Of a stretch of DNA of 64,000 nucleotides, positions 1-10,232 are shown one piece after another. The position numbers and the translations under genes were made by a program. Numbering within the stretch: position 1 is the stretch's first letter; every line of letters begins with the position of its first letter. This stretch comes from an uncultured Candidatus Sumerlaeota bacterium (GTDB lineage: Bacteria; Sumerlaeota; Sumerlaeia; SLMS01). The notes beneath the pieces are model-generated. The model was given only the letters and a program-made list of their open reading frames with translations. It was not told the origin of the DNA and ran no database searches. Where the stretch lies: NCBI GenBank assembly GCA_964437365.1, contig CAYTGM010000003.1, positions 76,201 to 140,200 of the forward strand. Direction: 5' to 3'.

Positions 1-3000
1 AGGCGGTACCACGGGAGGAGGCGGCAATAAGGTCTACATTGTACATGGAAACCCAGCGACCCCGACGATAGACCTGGCTTTCTTTAACATCATCTTCATT
101 GGAAAATCATTACCCCCCAACCAGGGTTTCATCTTCACTGGCTTCGACAGTACAGATCAGTCTTCAATCAGGCCCCGTATCGCTGCAGCTGGCGACTACA
201 ATGGTGATGGCTATGACGACATCCTGGTCGGACACACAGTGACAGGGCCAGCGAATAATAATCTGAGGGATGAGCGTTTACTCATTCCCGGAGGAGATAT
301 TGTCTATACCAGCGAAGTCTTTGTCGTTTTTGGCAAGCCGGATGAAACTCCAGTAACTCGAGCTCAACTCGAACCGGCGAATAATGGTCTGGGTATTATC
401 ATCGACGTTAATCCGTTTTTCGAGAATATAATCTCCGACCATTTCACAGGAGGCTTCGACTTTAATGCAGATGGATATTCGGATATCGTTCTTGGCTCCA
501 ATAGATTTGTAGACTTTTCCTTAATACAAGGCAAAGAAGAGCGCGGCATTCCTGTATTGGGCGTTCCTAATGACGGCCTTTTTGTTATATTCGGAACTTC
601 AACTCCTGAAAATATCTCTGTGGAAGAATTAGCCGATGAACTAAACACGGATGGATTCGTGATCTCTCACGAAGACACTCAGAACAAGACTCTGGGACTG
701 GGCGGAAGTTTTGAATGTCTTAAGGATTCTAATGGGGACGGGTTTGATGATCTCCTCTTCGGTGCACCTGCAGCACCTGGTGGTTTATTTTCGTTTCCTC
801 AAAGAGGAGCTGAACTAGATACTGACGGCCGAGCGTATGTGCTCTTCGGAAGCACTTCGACATCTAATACCCTGGTAACTGATATCGCCAACCCTGCCAA
901 CAATATCGGCTATGAAATTGATGGACCAGACAGCATTAGAGATTTTGGCTCCTACCTGGCCGACGCTGGTAATGCTGATGGTATAGATGGAAATGATTTT
1001 GTCGTTGGCGGAACAAGCTTTTCAACAACCGATACTTTGTACCTGATTAGAAGCAAGAGCGACTCACTTCCAATCATCCTCCCTGAAGAATCTCAAGTAA
1101 CGAGAGAAGTTGCACCTGATTACGGCTACCCCATTATCATTCCAGCCCATGAAAACTTCCCTTCCCGTCGTCTCTCAGGAATTGGCGATTTCAACGGGGA
1201 TGGTTTTCAAGATCTTCTGATCGGCTTCCCAGATGAATCTGGAACGAATCGCTCTTCGCGAGGGACCGTACTTAACGAAGGGGAGGCTATCGTCGTCTTC
1301 GGAAAGAATGATGATAACCCGATTGATCTAACGAATCAGGCAGAAGTCGATAGCCAGTTTACTATTATAGCTGAAACAGGATCTGAGCGAACCGGGTACT
1401 TTGTTTCTGCGACAGGAGATATAAATCTAGATGGATTGCCTGAAGTCCTCGTCCAGACTCGCAACTCTTCGGGTGCTGCTAAGGGATATACTGTCTATAG
1501 TCCCGGCCCTGCTGTAAGTGAGTCAGCAACCTATCGAGGGTATACCTATTTATTTAACTCTTCTTTCGTACCTTTCGGCAGCATCGGCGATGGTGCTTTC
1601 CACTTTCCTGATTCTCGACTTGAATTCGCACCACCTGCAGTCATGAGAGCATCTGAGAGAGCTCCAGGAACGACTAATGAAATTGAAGTCACCATTGATA
1701 GAAATTCAAGCAATGTCAGTGGTCTTCCCGGTCCAACCACGGGGGCATATTGGATAGTAGACCAGGGAGTCACTTCTACGAATGCCTTCGATTGCAAAGT
1801 GCGCTATCTGGATTCGGAGCTGAATGGTATTCTTGAGAACAACCTTAAGGTCTTTACATCTGCCTCGCCTACCGGAGGCTGGACAGAGGTCAGCAGTCCT
1901 ACACTCAGACCACTCATTAATGAAATAGAGTTTTCTCTCACATTGGCACCAAACCCTGTCTATATTGTATTGGGTACGGGGACCGTTCCAACACCAAGCC
2001 CAACTCCATCTCCTTCCCCATCACCAAGTTCATCACCAACAGCCAGCCCTACTCCGACTGCCTCTCCGAGCCCGACTGCTTCGCCAACACCCACGGCGTC
2101 TCCTTCTCCGTCCCCATCACCTTCGGCAACTCCGATTGGCTCAGTGACAGCAACACCATCTCCTTCTCCATCACCAACGCCTTCTCCATCGCCAACAACC
2201 ACTCCAACATTAACGATGACGCCTACTGCAACTCCATCATTCACTCCGACGCCAACGGCCTCGGTGACAGCGACCCCAACGTTGACCCTGACACCAACGC
2301 CAACGCCAACGCCGACAGTTACTCCCACACCAACGGCTACCGCGAGTATTACAGCCACTCCAACAGTCACGGCTTCTCCATCTCCGACAACCACTCCAAC
2401 GCTGACGATGACACCCACGGCAACGCCAACAGTCACTCTGACGCCAACGGCAACGGCGAGTATCACGGCCACGCCGACCGCAACACCTTCTCCTTCACCA
2501 ACGACGACACCTACGTTAACGATGACGCCGACAGCTACACCTACGGCCACTCCTTCACCATCACCCACGGCGAGTCCAACGGCTTCTCCGACGGCGACTG
2601 CGTCTCCATCGCCAACGGCAACACCGACACCAACTGTCACGGCTACCCCAACCCCAACGCCGACGGCGACACCATCACCAAGTCCAACGCCAGACCTGAT
2701 CGAGATCTTCGACTTTGCTGACGATCCTGAAGGATGGGTGTTCGTTTCACCGATTGAGTTCACACCTTCAACGGGTGCCTATAACTCAATCCTGCAAGGG
2801 CTCGACACAAGCATGGGATCCAACGTGAACGCCTTTGCCTTCTGGGAATCACCCCTGTTCGAATTGAATAACCCGGTTGTCATCGACACGAAGGGTCTTT
2901 CCTCCACACAAGCTATCATGACTGAAATGACAATTGTTACCGACGAGATAGTACGCGAAGACAACCCCGTTGTCAGGTCACGTGTGTCTATTCCTGATTT

Positions 3001-4069
3001 CAGTGAAGCATCCGTAACGATAGCAGAGTCTGTTGGTGACAGCGTCTTTTCTCCGCTCCCACCGGGGGACAACTCACCCTTAACCGCTCCTGTCTACACA
3101 AACCTGCTGCAGATAGATCAAGGCATCACTGATTTCCGCCTGGACTTTGACGTATTGAACGCATTTCCCGATGATGCTACAACCCCGACGCTCACGCTGA
3201 CTAATGCGACAGCGCGACTCATTGATCCACAGGCAAATGGAAATCTGGTCTCTATTGCCAACTATGACTTCACCAGCTCAAACCCTGGCTTTAGCTTTAT
3301 CACTGTTCCGAACCTTCAGGCACCCGCATCGAACTCTTCCGAGGGTGGACTCAGCATTCGCGGAGAAAACAATGTACTCAGAGGTGACGATGACTTTGAG
3401 ACACCGACGATCTTTGGTTTCTGGACAGCCGATAATCTCTATACATTGCCGGAAGACGGAGGAGTCTTCCTTCTTAAGGTCAGAACAAGTACAGATGCTG
3501 TAAACGATATCGTCGATATCGCAGCGCAGAGTGTTCCAACGTTCCGAATTCGCGTGAACGACAGTTCGTTGAACTATTCGAGCTACCTCAACCTCGAATC
3601 TGTGGGAAGCAATCCTCCTCTGCCCGTTAACGGCAACACGGCGGAGCACTTCTTCTGGTTTGTTGTACCTGAGGAAGTCGGCGGAAACGACCTGTACATC
3701 TCCTTCGACTATCTCTATGCCTCAGAGAGCGGAAACGACCCGACCGTTGAGATCACTGTCCTTGAGATGGAACTCTCACAGTACTTTTTTGATCAGATGT
3801 CTATAACAGATATCGAGCCTGATATCGGAGCTGTCGGAGAATCCCTGAACGTACAGATCATCGGTGAAGGGTTCCTTGACGGAGCAGAGGTCTTCTTTGG
3901 TCAGGGTATCACAGTGGTTGGAACGCCAACGGTTGTTGATTCCAACACAATCAATGTATCCATTCAGATTGAAAACACGGCCGCAATTGGACCACGTCAG
4001 GTGTTTGTCTTTAACCCGACAGGAGAAACGAAAGTATCACCGGTTCCATTCAACGTCGCTGCACCTTAA
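1..4069 (+). CDS. Large secreted surface protein, 5'-truncated by the window edge. It has FG-GAP (integrin-alpha-like) repeats, a Pro/Thr/Ser-rich linker, a tandem 'GFW' C-terminal module and a terminal IPT/TIG-like domain.
   Basis: The frame is open from nt 2 and continuous with the ORF called at 239. FG-GAP motifs are repeated ([56 protein letters not shown]). A PT-rich linker spans aa ~580-820. The C-terminal region is homologous to the C-terminus of the 42794..47659 protein ([12 protein letters not shown] versus [13 protein letters not shown]). The last ~90 aa resemble an IPT/TIG beta-sandwich. Confidence 0.75.
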   Translation, partial: GGTTGGGGNKVYIVHGNPATPTIDLAFFNIIFIGKSLPPNQGFIFTGFDSTDQSSIRPRIAAAGDYNGDGYDDILVGHTVTGPANNNLRDERLLIPGGDIVYTSEVFVVFGKPDETPVTRAQLEPANNGLGIIIDVNPFFENIISDHFTGGFDFNADGYSDIVLGSNRFVDFSLIQGKEERGIPVLGVPNDGLFVIFGTSTPENISVEELADELNTDGFVISHEDTQNKTLGLGGSFECLKDSNGDGFDDLLFGAPAAPGGLFSFPQRGAELDTDGRAYVLFGSTSTSNTLVTDIANPANNIGYEIDGPDSIRDFGSYLADAGNADGIDGNDFVVGGTSFSTTDTLYLIRSKSDSLPIILPEESQVTREVAPDYGYPIIIPAHENFPSRRLSGIGDFNGDGFQDLLIGFPDESGTNRSSRGTVLNEGEAIVVFGKNDDNPIDLTNQAEVDSQFTIIAETGSERTGYFVSATGDINLDGLPEVLVQTRNSSGAAKGYTVYSPGPAVSESATYRGYTYLFNSSFVPFGSIGDGAFHFPDSRLEFAPPAVMRASERAPGTTNEIEVTIDRNSSNVSGLPGPTTGAYWIVDQGVTSTNAFDCKVRYLDSELNGILENNLKVFTSASPTGGWTEVSSPTLRPLINEIEFSLTLAPNPVYIVLGTGTVPTPSPTPSPSPSPSSSPTASPTPTASPSPTASPTPTASPSPSPSPSATPIGSVTATPSPSPSPTPSPSPTTTPTLTMTPTATPSFTPTPTASVTATPTLTLTPTPTPTPTVTPTPTATASITATPTVTASPSPTTTPTLTMTPTATPTVTLTPTATASITATPTATPSPSPTTTPTLTMTPTATPTATPSPSPTASPTASPTATASPSPTATPTPTVTATPTPTPTATPSPSPTPDLIEIFDFADDPEGWVFVSPIEFTPSTGAYNSILQGLDTSMGSNVNAFAFWESPLFELNNPVVIDTKGLSSTQAIMTEMTIVTDEIVREDNPVVRSRVSIPDFSEASVTIAESVGDSVFSPLPPGDNSPLTAPVYTNLLQIDQGITDFRLDFDVLNAFPDDATTPTLTLTNATARLIDPQANGNLVSIANYDFTSSNPGFSFITVPNLQAPASNSSEGGLSIRGENNVLRGDDDFETPTIFGFWTADNLYTLPEDGGVFLLKVRTSTDAVNDIVDIAAQSVPTFRIRVNDSSLNYSSYLNLESVGSNPPLPVNGNTAEHFFWFVVPEEVGGNDLYISFDYLYASESGNDPTVEITVLEMELSQYFFDQMSITDIEPDIGAVGESLNVQIIGEGFLDGAEVFFGQGITVVGTPTVVDSNTINVSIQIENTAAIGPRQVFVFNPTGETKVSPVPFNVAAP
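1980..2700 (+). repeat. Pro/Thr/Ser-rich linker coding region with internal tandem repeats (the [15 protein letters not shown] unit occurs three times).
   Basis: Low-complexity PT(S) codon repeats. The 15-aa unit is repeated at ~2190, ~2385 and ~2500. The same unit is found in the 46225..46615 linker. Confidence 0.8.
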
Positions 4070-4087
4070 TCTCATCTAAAAAATCAG

Positions 4088-4138
4088 AACACCACGAAGT
4101 GCCTGGACGGAATCACACTTCGTGGTGTTTTTTCTTTT
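4088..4138 (+). terminator. Rho-independent terminator downstream of the giant FG-GAP gene.
   Basis: 13-bp perfect inverted repeat (acaccacgaagtg ... cacttcgtggtgt) followed by a T-run (ttttttcttttt). Confidence 0.7.
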
Positions 4139-4176
4139 TACTCGTTCTTCCACTTAATTTGAAATTCGATTATTGG

Positions 4177-5487
4177 TTAATCTTGAGCAAAATCTATTTT
4201 GACTATTCCCTCGCGGCTTATGTATTCGACATCACGGTCTTCCGACTTCAAGATAACAAACCGATCCTCACTTCCCATAACGAACCTTAGAGCCGAATGA
4301 AACCTCGCTCCTCTCTCGTATTGTGGTTTCAATGACGGAGGTAAGTCTTCCTCTTTTAACTGGTTATCGTCTAATATAATGCAAAAGGCATGGGTAATGC
4401 CTTCGAAGTCCAGTGCTACTGCACCATCAGGTATTGCAAGCCTCGAGATGAGTTCAGCTGGATACCCTTTGGGCTCAACCTTGATCCCAGGGGGACAGAG
4501 TCTATTACAATCCGGCTCTTTTGAAACTGCTATCAGTGCTCCTTTCTTCTGATCTTGTAAATATTTTGATAGTTTAATAAAGAATTCACTATTGGCAACT
4601 GGTTTGAATAAATATTTCGCAGGCTTCGATTCCTTGTTGTCGATTTTTGTATTCCCTCTATATGTTAGTCGTCCATTATTACAGATGAAGGTATCTTCCC
4701 CGTTTTCAATGAATCTCCAACTGTAGCGTCCTTGAAACTCTATTACCGCGCCAGTATCTTTTCGTGTACCTTCGATATTGCAGATTCCCAAAACTTTTCC
4801 TTTGGAAATGAAAACTGAATTCTCCTCGTTGGTTACTTCTAGGAGTTTCCGTAGCGGCGCTATATCAGTTAGTTTGATCTCGATCGATTCAGCCAACTTG
4901 AGGTCAATATCGATTGGTGTTTCATTCGCAGACAGAAATATACTCCCCCGGCTCTCTGTACCTTCGTATGCTTGTAGCGAAATCGATCTGAGAATATTAT
5001 AAATATCTACTGTGTTTAGTTCATATCGCCCAGAAATATAATAATTGCATGTCCGTCTTAATATAGCATCTTTTAGATCCTCGCTCGTATATTTATTCCA
5101 GGTATCAGGTAGTTCCTCAAGAGAGGCAAAACAAAGCTCCCCTTTAAGGTCGGTTTTACCAGGGAACTTAGCTTGGGGGCAATATATCAGCAAGTCTTCA
5201 TAGAACTGCCCTTCTTTCTTCCAGTTTGCACGTTCAAAACGCCGCATAAAGATCCCCGTTGAAAGAACCGACATACCAGATCCATTGGCAAACGGCCTTG
5301 TTAAATAACTTTGGAAGCATTCCTTATGTGCCGATTCACTGATATTACAAAACCTCTCCTCTGCATGTACAGTATTATCATTTTCTTGTATACGATGAAT
5401 TAATCCATACTCTAGTCCATCTAATACTTCTCTTATTACGTTCACTTCCGATTCTGCAGGCGAGGTGCACATCAAAACGGTCTCCAT
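4177..5487 (-). CDS. Hypothetical protein, 436 aa, low-GC orphan.
   Basis: Long ORF with no recognisable family. The coding DNA is markedly AT-richer than its flanks (runs of ~35% GC against ~50% elsewhere). Its 3' end overlaps the flanking bidirectional terminator region. Confidence 0.6.
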   Translation of the reverse strand: METVLMCTSPAESEVNVIREVLDGLEYGLIHRIQENDNTVHAEERFCNISESAHKECFQSYLTRPFANGSGMSVLSTGIFMRRFERANWKKEGQFYEDLLIYCPQAKFPGKTDLKGELCFASLEELPDTWNKYTSEDLKDAILRRTCNYYISGRYELNTVDIYNILRSISLQAYEGTESRGSIFLSANETPIDIDLKLAESIEIKLTDIAPLRKLLEVTNEENSVFISKGKVLGICNIEGTRKDTGAVIEFQGRYSWRFIENGEDTFICNNGRLTYRGNTKIDNKESKPAKYLFKPVANSEFFIKLSKYLQDQKKGALIAVSKEPDCNRLCPPGIKVEPKGYPAELISRLAIPDGAVALDFEGITHAFCIILDDNQLKEEDLPPSLKPQYERGARFHSALRFVMGSEDRFVILKSEDRDVEYISREGIVKIDFAQD

Positions 5488-5552
5488 TTTACGATAGGCT
5501 AATAGATAGAAGTTTACTTTCCTTAGATCTATAACTTAACAACTTAGATCGG

Positions 5553-5786
5553 TCAAGCTTTGGGCTCGTTCTTCCACTTAATTTGAAATTCGATTTCTTC
5601 TTCGTCACCTTCGCGCTCATGCTCGAGGTTGTACTCGGCGCGGACGGGAACGTAAATACGCTCTCCGGCAATCTGGATTTCAAACTTCTCGCCTGATTCA
5701 AGAGAGTCCGCAAGACGACGGAGCTTCGCGACAAACTCCGAAGTCGAGTAGGCTTTCTCAATATCACGTTCTTTCTTTTCTGACAT
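5553..5786 (-). CDS. Amphi-Trp domain small protein.
   Basis: 77 aa acidic protein. The N-terminal SEFVAKLRRLADSLESGEKFEIQIAGERIYV and a C-terminal EEEIEFQIKW segment match the amphi-Trp domain pattern. Confidence 0.55.
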   Translation of the reverse strand: MSEKKERDIEKAYSTSEFVAKLRRLADSLESGEKFEIQIAGERIYVPVRAEYNLEHEREGDEEEIEFQIKWKNEPKA

Positions 5787-5962
5787 AACGTCTTCCTTTA
5801 GTTCGTGTGTCTGTTTAATCAGTGAATGAGGAAAAGCTTTTTGAAAGTATCCATTTCAAAGTAACCCCACTCGCTGTGCTTTACTTACTCAGTAGTCAAA
5901 GAACTATTCAATATCTCCTCGCCCGCGCACGTGAATTTCTGATGACAGGCATCCTGAAGGGG

Positions 5963-6017
5963 GATGCTACCAGTATCGATGCATGTTCGATGCATCATGG
6001 AACCACTGGAATGGTTC
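5963..6017. repeat. 55-bp conserved intergenic element, copy A (second copy at 38416..38470).
   Basis: gatgctaccagtatcgatgcatgttcgatgcatcatggaaccactggaatggttc matches 53 of 55 positions to the sequence at 38416..38470. It contains nested palindromes (ATCGAT, ATGCAT) and a direct repeat cgatgcat. It sits centrally in a divergent promoter region. Confidence 0.8.
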
Positions 6018-6187
6018 GAATCTGAATTGAACGTGCGCACGTCCTGCGTCGATACGGGAATGGTTTCTACTGATCTTCCTCGATATTTTACATATCTTTT
6101 ACATCTGGCTTTCTTGACAACAGGCCCGAAAAAGCCAGAAAAACGGAGCCTCTTGAGCAATCGAATACATGAAAGGTAAGAAGAGAG

Positions 6188-6898
6188 ATGGCAAAGGTAA
6201 ATCTGGAAGCACCGTTCCGTTCTATAACAGGTCGACTGGGAAAAGAAGGAGATGCTCCGTCGATCTATTCGCTGGAGGGTCGTACCGTTCTTCGCTATCC
6301 GAGTCAGGAAACACCGAAGAATACGATACGGAAAAGTGCCTGCCAGGCTGCCCTGAAGAAAGCAGCGAAAGCATATCGCCTGTTGACGTTTGAACAGGCG
6401 ACAGATTGGCGGAATTATATACGAGCGATGGAAGACAGGTCCGAGGGATCGGTGAGAATACCTAAGAAGCTTCACGCAGCCTTCAGTCAGGTGAATCTGC
6501 ATCGTGTGCTTGCAGGAGAAACCCTTCTAATGGAGGCACCAGAAGCGAGCAACAGGACCCTGCCAGTCGCTGAGCCTCAGGTTCAATGGGTCTCGAGTCG
6601 TCGACTTCGTCTCGTGTTTGATCACCCTTACGGGGCAGGTTTTGCCGTCTGGCATTATCGCGTTACGCCCCCACTGAAGTCTCAGATACGATTAGCAAAT
6701 GAACGGGAAGCGAGAACTCCTTTGGCTGATACGAGAACGTCGTATATCAATTCATCGGCTTTTTCAGAAGCGATCGAAGTCGACACGGAGGACGCATATC
6801 AGATTGGGGATACGCTCGGGTTGAAACTGCTGGTATTGACGTCGGACTTTGTTCCCGGGGAAAGCCGGTTCTATCGCAGGCTTGTGGTTGAGGGGTGA
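6188..6898 (+). CDS. Hypothetical protein, 236 aa.
   Basis: ORF followed by a hairpin. No recognisable domain. Confidence 0.5.
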   Translation: MAKVNLEAPFRSITGRLGKEGDAPSIYSLEGRTVLRYPSQETPKNTIRKSACQAALKKAAKAYRLLTFEQATDWRNYIRAMEDRSEGSVRIPKKLHAAFSQVNLHRVLAGETLLMEAPEASNRTLPVAEPQVQWVSSRRLRLVFDHPYGAGFAVWHYRVTPPLKSQIRLANEREARTPLADTRTSYINSSAFSEAIEVDTEDAYQIGDTLGLKLLVLTSDFVPGESRFYRRLVVEG

Positions 6899-6902
6899 TG
6901 AA

Positions 6903-6927
6903 CCAACCCCTGTCGGGGTTGTTATGG
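6903..6927 (+). terminator. Putative intrinsic terminator hairpin.
   Basis: caacccc-tgtc-ggggttg stem-loop immediately after the stop codon. The T-run is weak. Confidence 0.4.
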
Positions 6928-7459
6928 ATGGGGATCTTCACCCCGGGTAGGCTCGCTATGCTCACCAACCCGGGGCTTGGTAATCTAACCGCTACCGCGG
7001 TATATAGGGAGTCTTCTTTTCCTTTGAATCTCCGACTCTTCAAGCTCAGCTTGATTGGAAGTTGAAAAGATCTCTACCCTGGGAACGCCAAACGCCGATT
7101 CGGCGCAGTTGGCTCTTTGCCTCGTCTATTATTATATCCTTTGATATACACTTCAATGACTTGCTCGAAGTAAAACTTCGAGCACCAAGGCGGGGTTAAG
7201 AATCTCGCACTCCAAAACCTGCCACCATCGTTCGTCTTTCACTTACTATGGTTCTTCATGCATACCGCGGCAGCAATCCAATAATGATCAAGAATCCCGA
7301 CAAGATGTACAAGATAGACAAGAGATGGAGTATCTTTTCAACTTACTGCTGTTCATCTTCTATTAATACCGCGGCTGCGGTTAGAGTGCATAGCCCACAG
7401 TTGCCGAAACGTAGTGAAGGCTACTGTGGGTCACCGAACAAGAACGCATCCATCCTAAC

Positions 7460-8026
7460 TCAAAGCGGTTTCAATTTCTTTGGATTCCAGGGGATTTGTG
7501 TCATTCCCGGTTCTCTCTCGACTCCCTGAATGTAGTTACCTGCCAGGAGTCCAGCACCTTCCTCGTAGATCTTTCGCAGAGCCAGAGTATATGCTCGAAA
7601 TGGCACATAATCCCGCTTAGTTACTTTATAACCGCTTGCGAAAGTATCTTTGATAATCGCCTTATCCAGATAATCTAAATCCAGAGAGAAGAGGTCATCA
7701 CACCATTTCTTGACAAGCTCGGGAGGGGCAACAACATGAAGATCTCGAAGATGTAATTTGCGAAAGACGTCTTCTTGATATCCGAGACATCCCCACTCTT
7801 CATCATATAGAATTCGCAAACTATCATAGACTTCTTCTGTAAAGTTAGAAAGCTCCTCAGCTTCGTAGATTCTTGCGATTGTTTCGAGAGCGAGATTGAT
7901 GTCGGTTCTGCTTTCTGAAAACACGATTTTTGCATCTTCGCAGGCATCTACCAGGCACTTATTCTCTTCCCACTCTGCTGTAAATTCTTTCCATGAGACT
8001 TTGTATAGATAAATATCAACGCTCAT
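7460..8026 (-). CDS. Hypothetical acidic protein, 188 aa, translationally coupled to the upstream ankyrin gene.
   Basis: ATGA overlap with the stop of 8023..9108. D/E-rich with no recognisable domain. Confidence 0.55.
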   Translation of the reverse strand: MSVDIYLYKVSWKEFTAEWEENKCLVDACEDAKIVFSESRTDINLALETIARIYEAEELSNFTEEVYDSLRILYDEEWGCLGYQEDVFRKLHLRDLHVVAPPELVKKWCDDLFSLDLDYLDKAIIKDTFASGYKVTKRDYVPFRAYTLALRKIYEEGAGLLAGNYIQGVEREPGMTQIPWNPKKLKPL

Positions 8027-9108
8027 TTTTTCTTCATTTTCTCCTCAATGAGTTGAATACATTCCTCTGACCTGGCTTGCTCTGCCCGCTCCAGTGCATT
8101 GTAACCACTTCCATCTCGGACATTAAGATCTATATCAAACTCAAGAAGGTATTTGACGATGGCGGCATGTCCCCCAGAAGCAGCGCGAATAAGAGGTGTC
8201 ACGTCTCCTTCGACAATATATTGATGCTTTTTTCCGTCGAACTTGTAGTGGATAATTCTATGTATTCCTGCCGGGTCTGAACCGTCCTTAATACATTTTT
8301 TGACCCATTTGAGACTACCCTCAGCAGCAGCAGTATCAAGTGGTTCTAGGTCTTCTTTTAAGTCAACCCCACTTTCAATAAGCAGTTCATACGCCTTTGT
8401 GTTCTTATTACCAACTGCCTTGGCGGCATAACTAAGCCCTCCTTTTGGCGGAATGACCGAAGCGCCGTATTGAATGAGGATTCTCATCGCTTGTATATTG
8501 TTCTTGACCAATGAAAACCTTAGCGGCATTTCTCTGGATCTTTCGGACAAGTCCTCTAAATAAGCTCGGGTTTGATCCACAAGGTTCGGATGCTTCTTGC
8601 ACAGTCTCTCAAGCTTTTTGTCGTCACCCGCTTCGATAGAATCGAAGATCTCCCGATGTGCCAGGGTCTGATCCGGGGTTAAGCCATAGGCATCAGGTTC
8701 ATCATGCCAAAGCGCTTTTTTGTATTTCTTGATGAAGGATTTTGAGGCATATCTTGCAGCAAAATGTGCCGGCGTTAAGTCATAGTCTCCTTTTCTATAT
8801 GCGTCTGCTCCAAATTCAAGGAGCAAATCTACAGCTAGCTCATGCCCAAGAAGAACTGACTCATTGAGTGGATGGTAGTTAGCTTTGCTCAAACTGCGTG
8901 GTTTACGGAATTCCGGATTAATCAGCGCTGGCTGGACTTCAAGCATTTTTCTGAGTACTTCGAACCGTCCAAATCGAGCAAGTACAGAAAACAAATTGTT
9001 ACTGAATGGATTCTTAAAGATATACTTTGGATCATTTTTAACACCGGCAATTATAACATCTATATCAGCTTCTTTAATTCTTTCTTCAAGTGACTTTTTC
9101 GGACTCAT
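8023..9108 (-). CDS. Ankyrin-repeat protein, 361 aa.
   Basis: Clear ANK repeat near the C-terminus (GDVTPLIRAASGGHAAIVKYLLEFDIDLNVRDGSGYNALERA). Upstream ANK-like units include TPAHFAARYASKSF and NIQAMRILIQYGAS. Confidence 0.75.
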   Translation of the reverse strand: MSPKKSLEERIKEADIDVIIAGVKNDPKYIFKNPFSNNLFSVLARFGRFEVLRKMLEVQPALINPEFRKPRSLSKANYHPLNESVLLGHELAVDLLLEFGADAYRKGDYDLTPAHFAARYASKSFIKKYKKALWHDEPDAYGLTPDQTLAHREIFDSIEAGDDKKLERLCKKHPNLVDQTRAYLEDLSERSREMPLRFSLVKNNIQAMRILIQYGASVIPPKGGLSYAAKAVGNKNTKAYELLIESGVDLKEDLEPLDTAAAEGSLKWVKKCIKDGSDPAGIHRIIHYKFDGKKHQYIVEGDVTPLIRAASGGHAAIVKYLLEFDIDLNVRDGSGYNALERAEQARSEECIQLIEEKMKKK

Positions 9109-9114
9109 CTATCT

Positions 9115-9168
9115 CGCTTCCTTAATACATTAAAAGCACATCAACATTCATTTGTTCTTCATTTTCTC
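9115..9168. repeat. Junction repeat of the ankyrin array. It comprises the gene 3'-end plus its flank, and recurs at 10381..10434.
   Basis: cgcttccttaatacattaaaagcacatcaacattcatttgttcttcattttctc is present at both sites. The 10381..10434 copy encodes only the last ~8 codons (IEEKMKNK*) of a missing third paralogue. Confidence 0.75.
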
Positions 9169-10232
9169 CTCAATGAGTTGAATACATTCCTCTGACCTGG
9201 CTTGCTTTGCTCGCTCCAATGCATTGTGACCACTTCCATCTCGGACATTAAGATCTATATCAAACTCAAGAAGGTATTTGACCATGGCGGCATTTCCCCA
9301 ACCGGCAGCGCGAATAAGAGGTGTCATGTCTCCTTCGTCATTATATTGATGCTTTTTTCCGTCGAACTTGTAGTGAATAATTCTATGTATTCCAGCCGGG
9401 TCGGAACCGTCCTTAATACATTTTTTGACCCATTTGAGACTACCCTCTGCAGCAGCAGTATCAAGTGGTACCAAGTCTTCTTTTAAGTCAACCCCACTTT
9501 CGATAAGCAGTTCATACGCCTTTGTGTTCTTATTAATAACTGCCCGGGCAGCAAGCTAAGCCCTCCTTTTGGCGGAATCACCGAAGCGCCGTATTTGATG
9601 AGAATTCTCATCGCTTGAATATTGTTCTTGTCCAGTGAAAACCTTAGCGGCATTCCTCTGGATCTTTCGGACAAGTCCTCTAAATAAGCTCGGGTTTGAT
9701 CCACAAGGCTCGGATGCTTCTTACACAGTCTCTCAAGCTTTTTGTCGTCCCCCCCCTCGATAGCATCGAAAATCTCTCGATGTGCGAGGGTCTGATCCGG
9801 GGTTAAGCCATAGGCATCAGGTTCATCATGCCAAAGTGCCTTTTTGTATTTCTTGATGAAGGACTTTGAGGCATATCTTGCCGAGTAGTGAGCTGGGGTT
9901 AATTCGTAAGACGATTTCACATATAAGTCAGCTTCAAATTCTATGTATAGATCCACGACTTTATCATATCCGGAAAAAATTGCGTTTTTGAGTGGATTGT
10001 ATTTAAGTGAACCCCTCAAACGAGGGTCCCTAAACTGCGGATTGATTAAAGCAGGTTGAACTTCAAGCAGTCTCCTGATCACATCGAACCGTTCCCCACG
10101 TGCCAGCGCATCCAACAAATCCCTATTAAAGGGGTTCTTCACTGTGTATTTAGGGTCCGCCCGAATCCCCTGAATAATCTTGTCTATATTCTCTTCTTTG
10201 AGCGTTTCTTCCAGTGATTTAGGGTATCCCAT
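9148..10232 (-). pseudogene. Ankyrin-repeat paralogue disrupted by a 1-nt deletion (frameshift) relative to copy 8023..9108.
   Basis: Two ORFs (9483..10232 and 9148..9474) together align along the full length of the upstream paralogue. Near 9545 the sequence gcccgggcagcaagctaagc is one nucleotide shorter than gccttggcggcataactaagc in copy 1, which breaks the frame. The 3' half is ~90-95% nucleotide identical and the 5' half is more diverged. Confidence 0.6.

Noticed and set aside
1960-2763. 267-aa antisense ORF (GVGVAV... Gly/Val-rich) opposite the PT-linker of gene 1. A similar 224-aa antisense ORF sits at 45943..46617 opposite the linker of the 1621-aa gene.
   Set aside because: This is the reverse-complement reading of ACN/CCN-rich Pro/Thr codons. 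Its low-complexity composition is an artefact of the sense-strand repeats, and both are embedded in well-supported large genes.
5489-5767. 92-aa ORF overlapping the amphi-Trp gene in another frame.
   Set aside because: It overlaps a better-supported gene over its full length and has basic low-complexity composition typical of an alternate-frame artefact.
6005-6025. tRNA-like T-loop motif GGTTCGAATC inside repeat copy A.
   Set aside because: The flanking sequence cannot form an acceptor, D or anticodon arm or a CCA-compatible 3' end. Copy B lacks the motif (ggttccatcc).
7044-7459. Possible small gene or ncRNA in the 560-bp convergent gap after 6188..6898 (93-aa ORF at 7248..7529).
   Set aside because: No start or RBS context. 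The ORF overlaps the 3' end of the 188-aa gene. I could see no convincing secondary structure or conserved motif by eye, so it is left as unassigned non-coding DNA.
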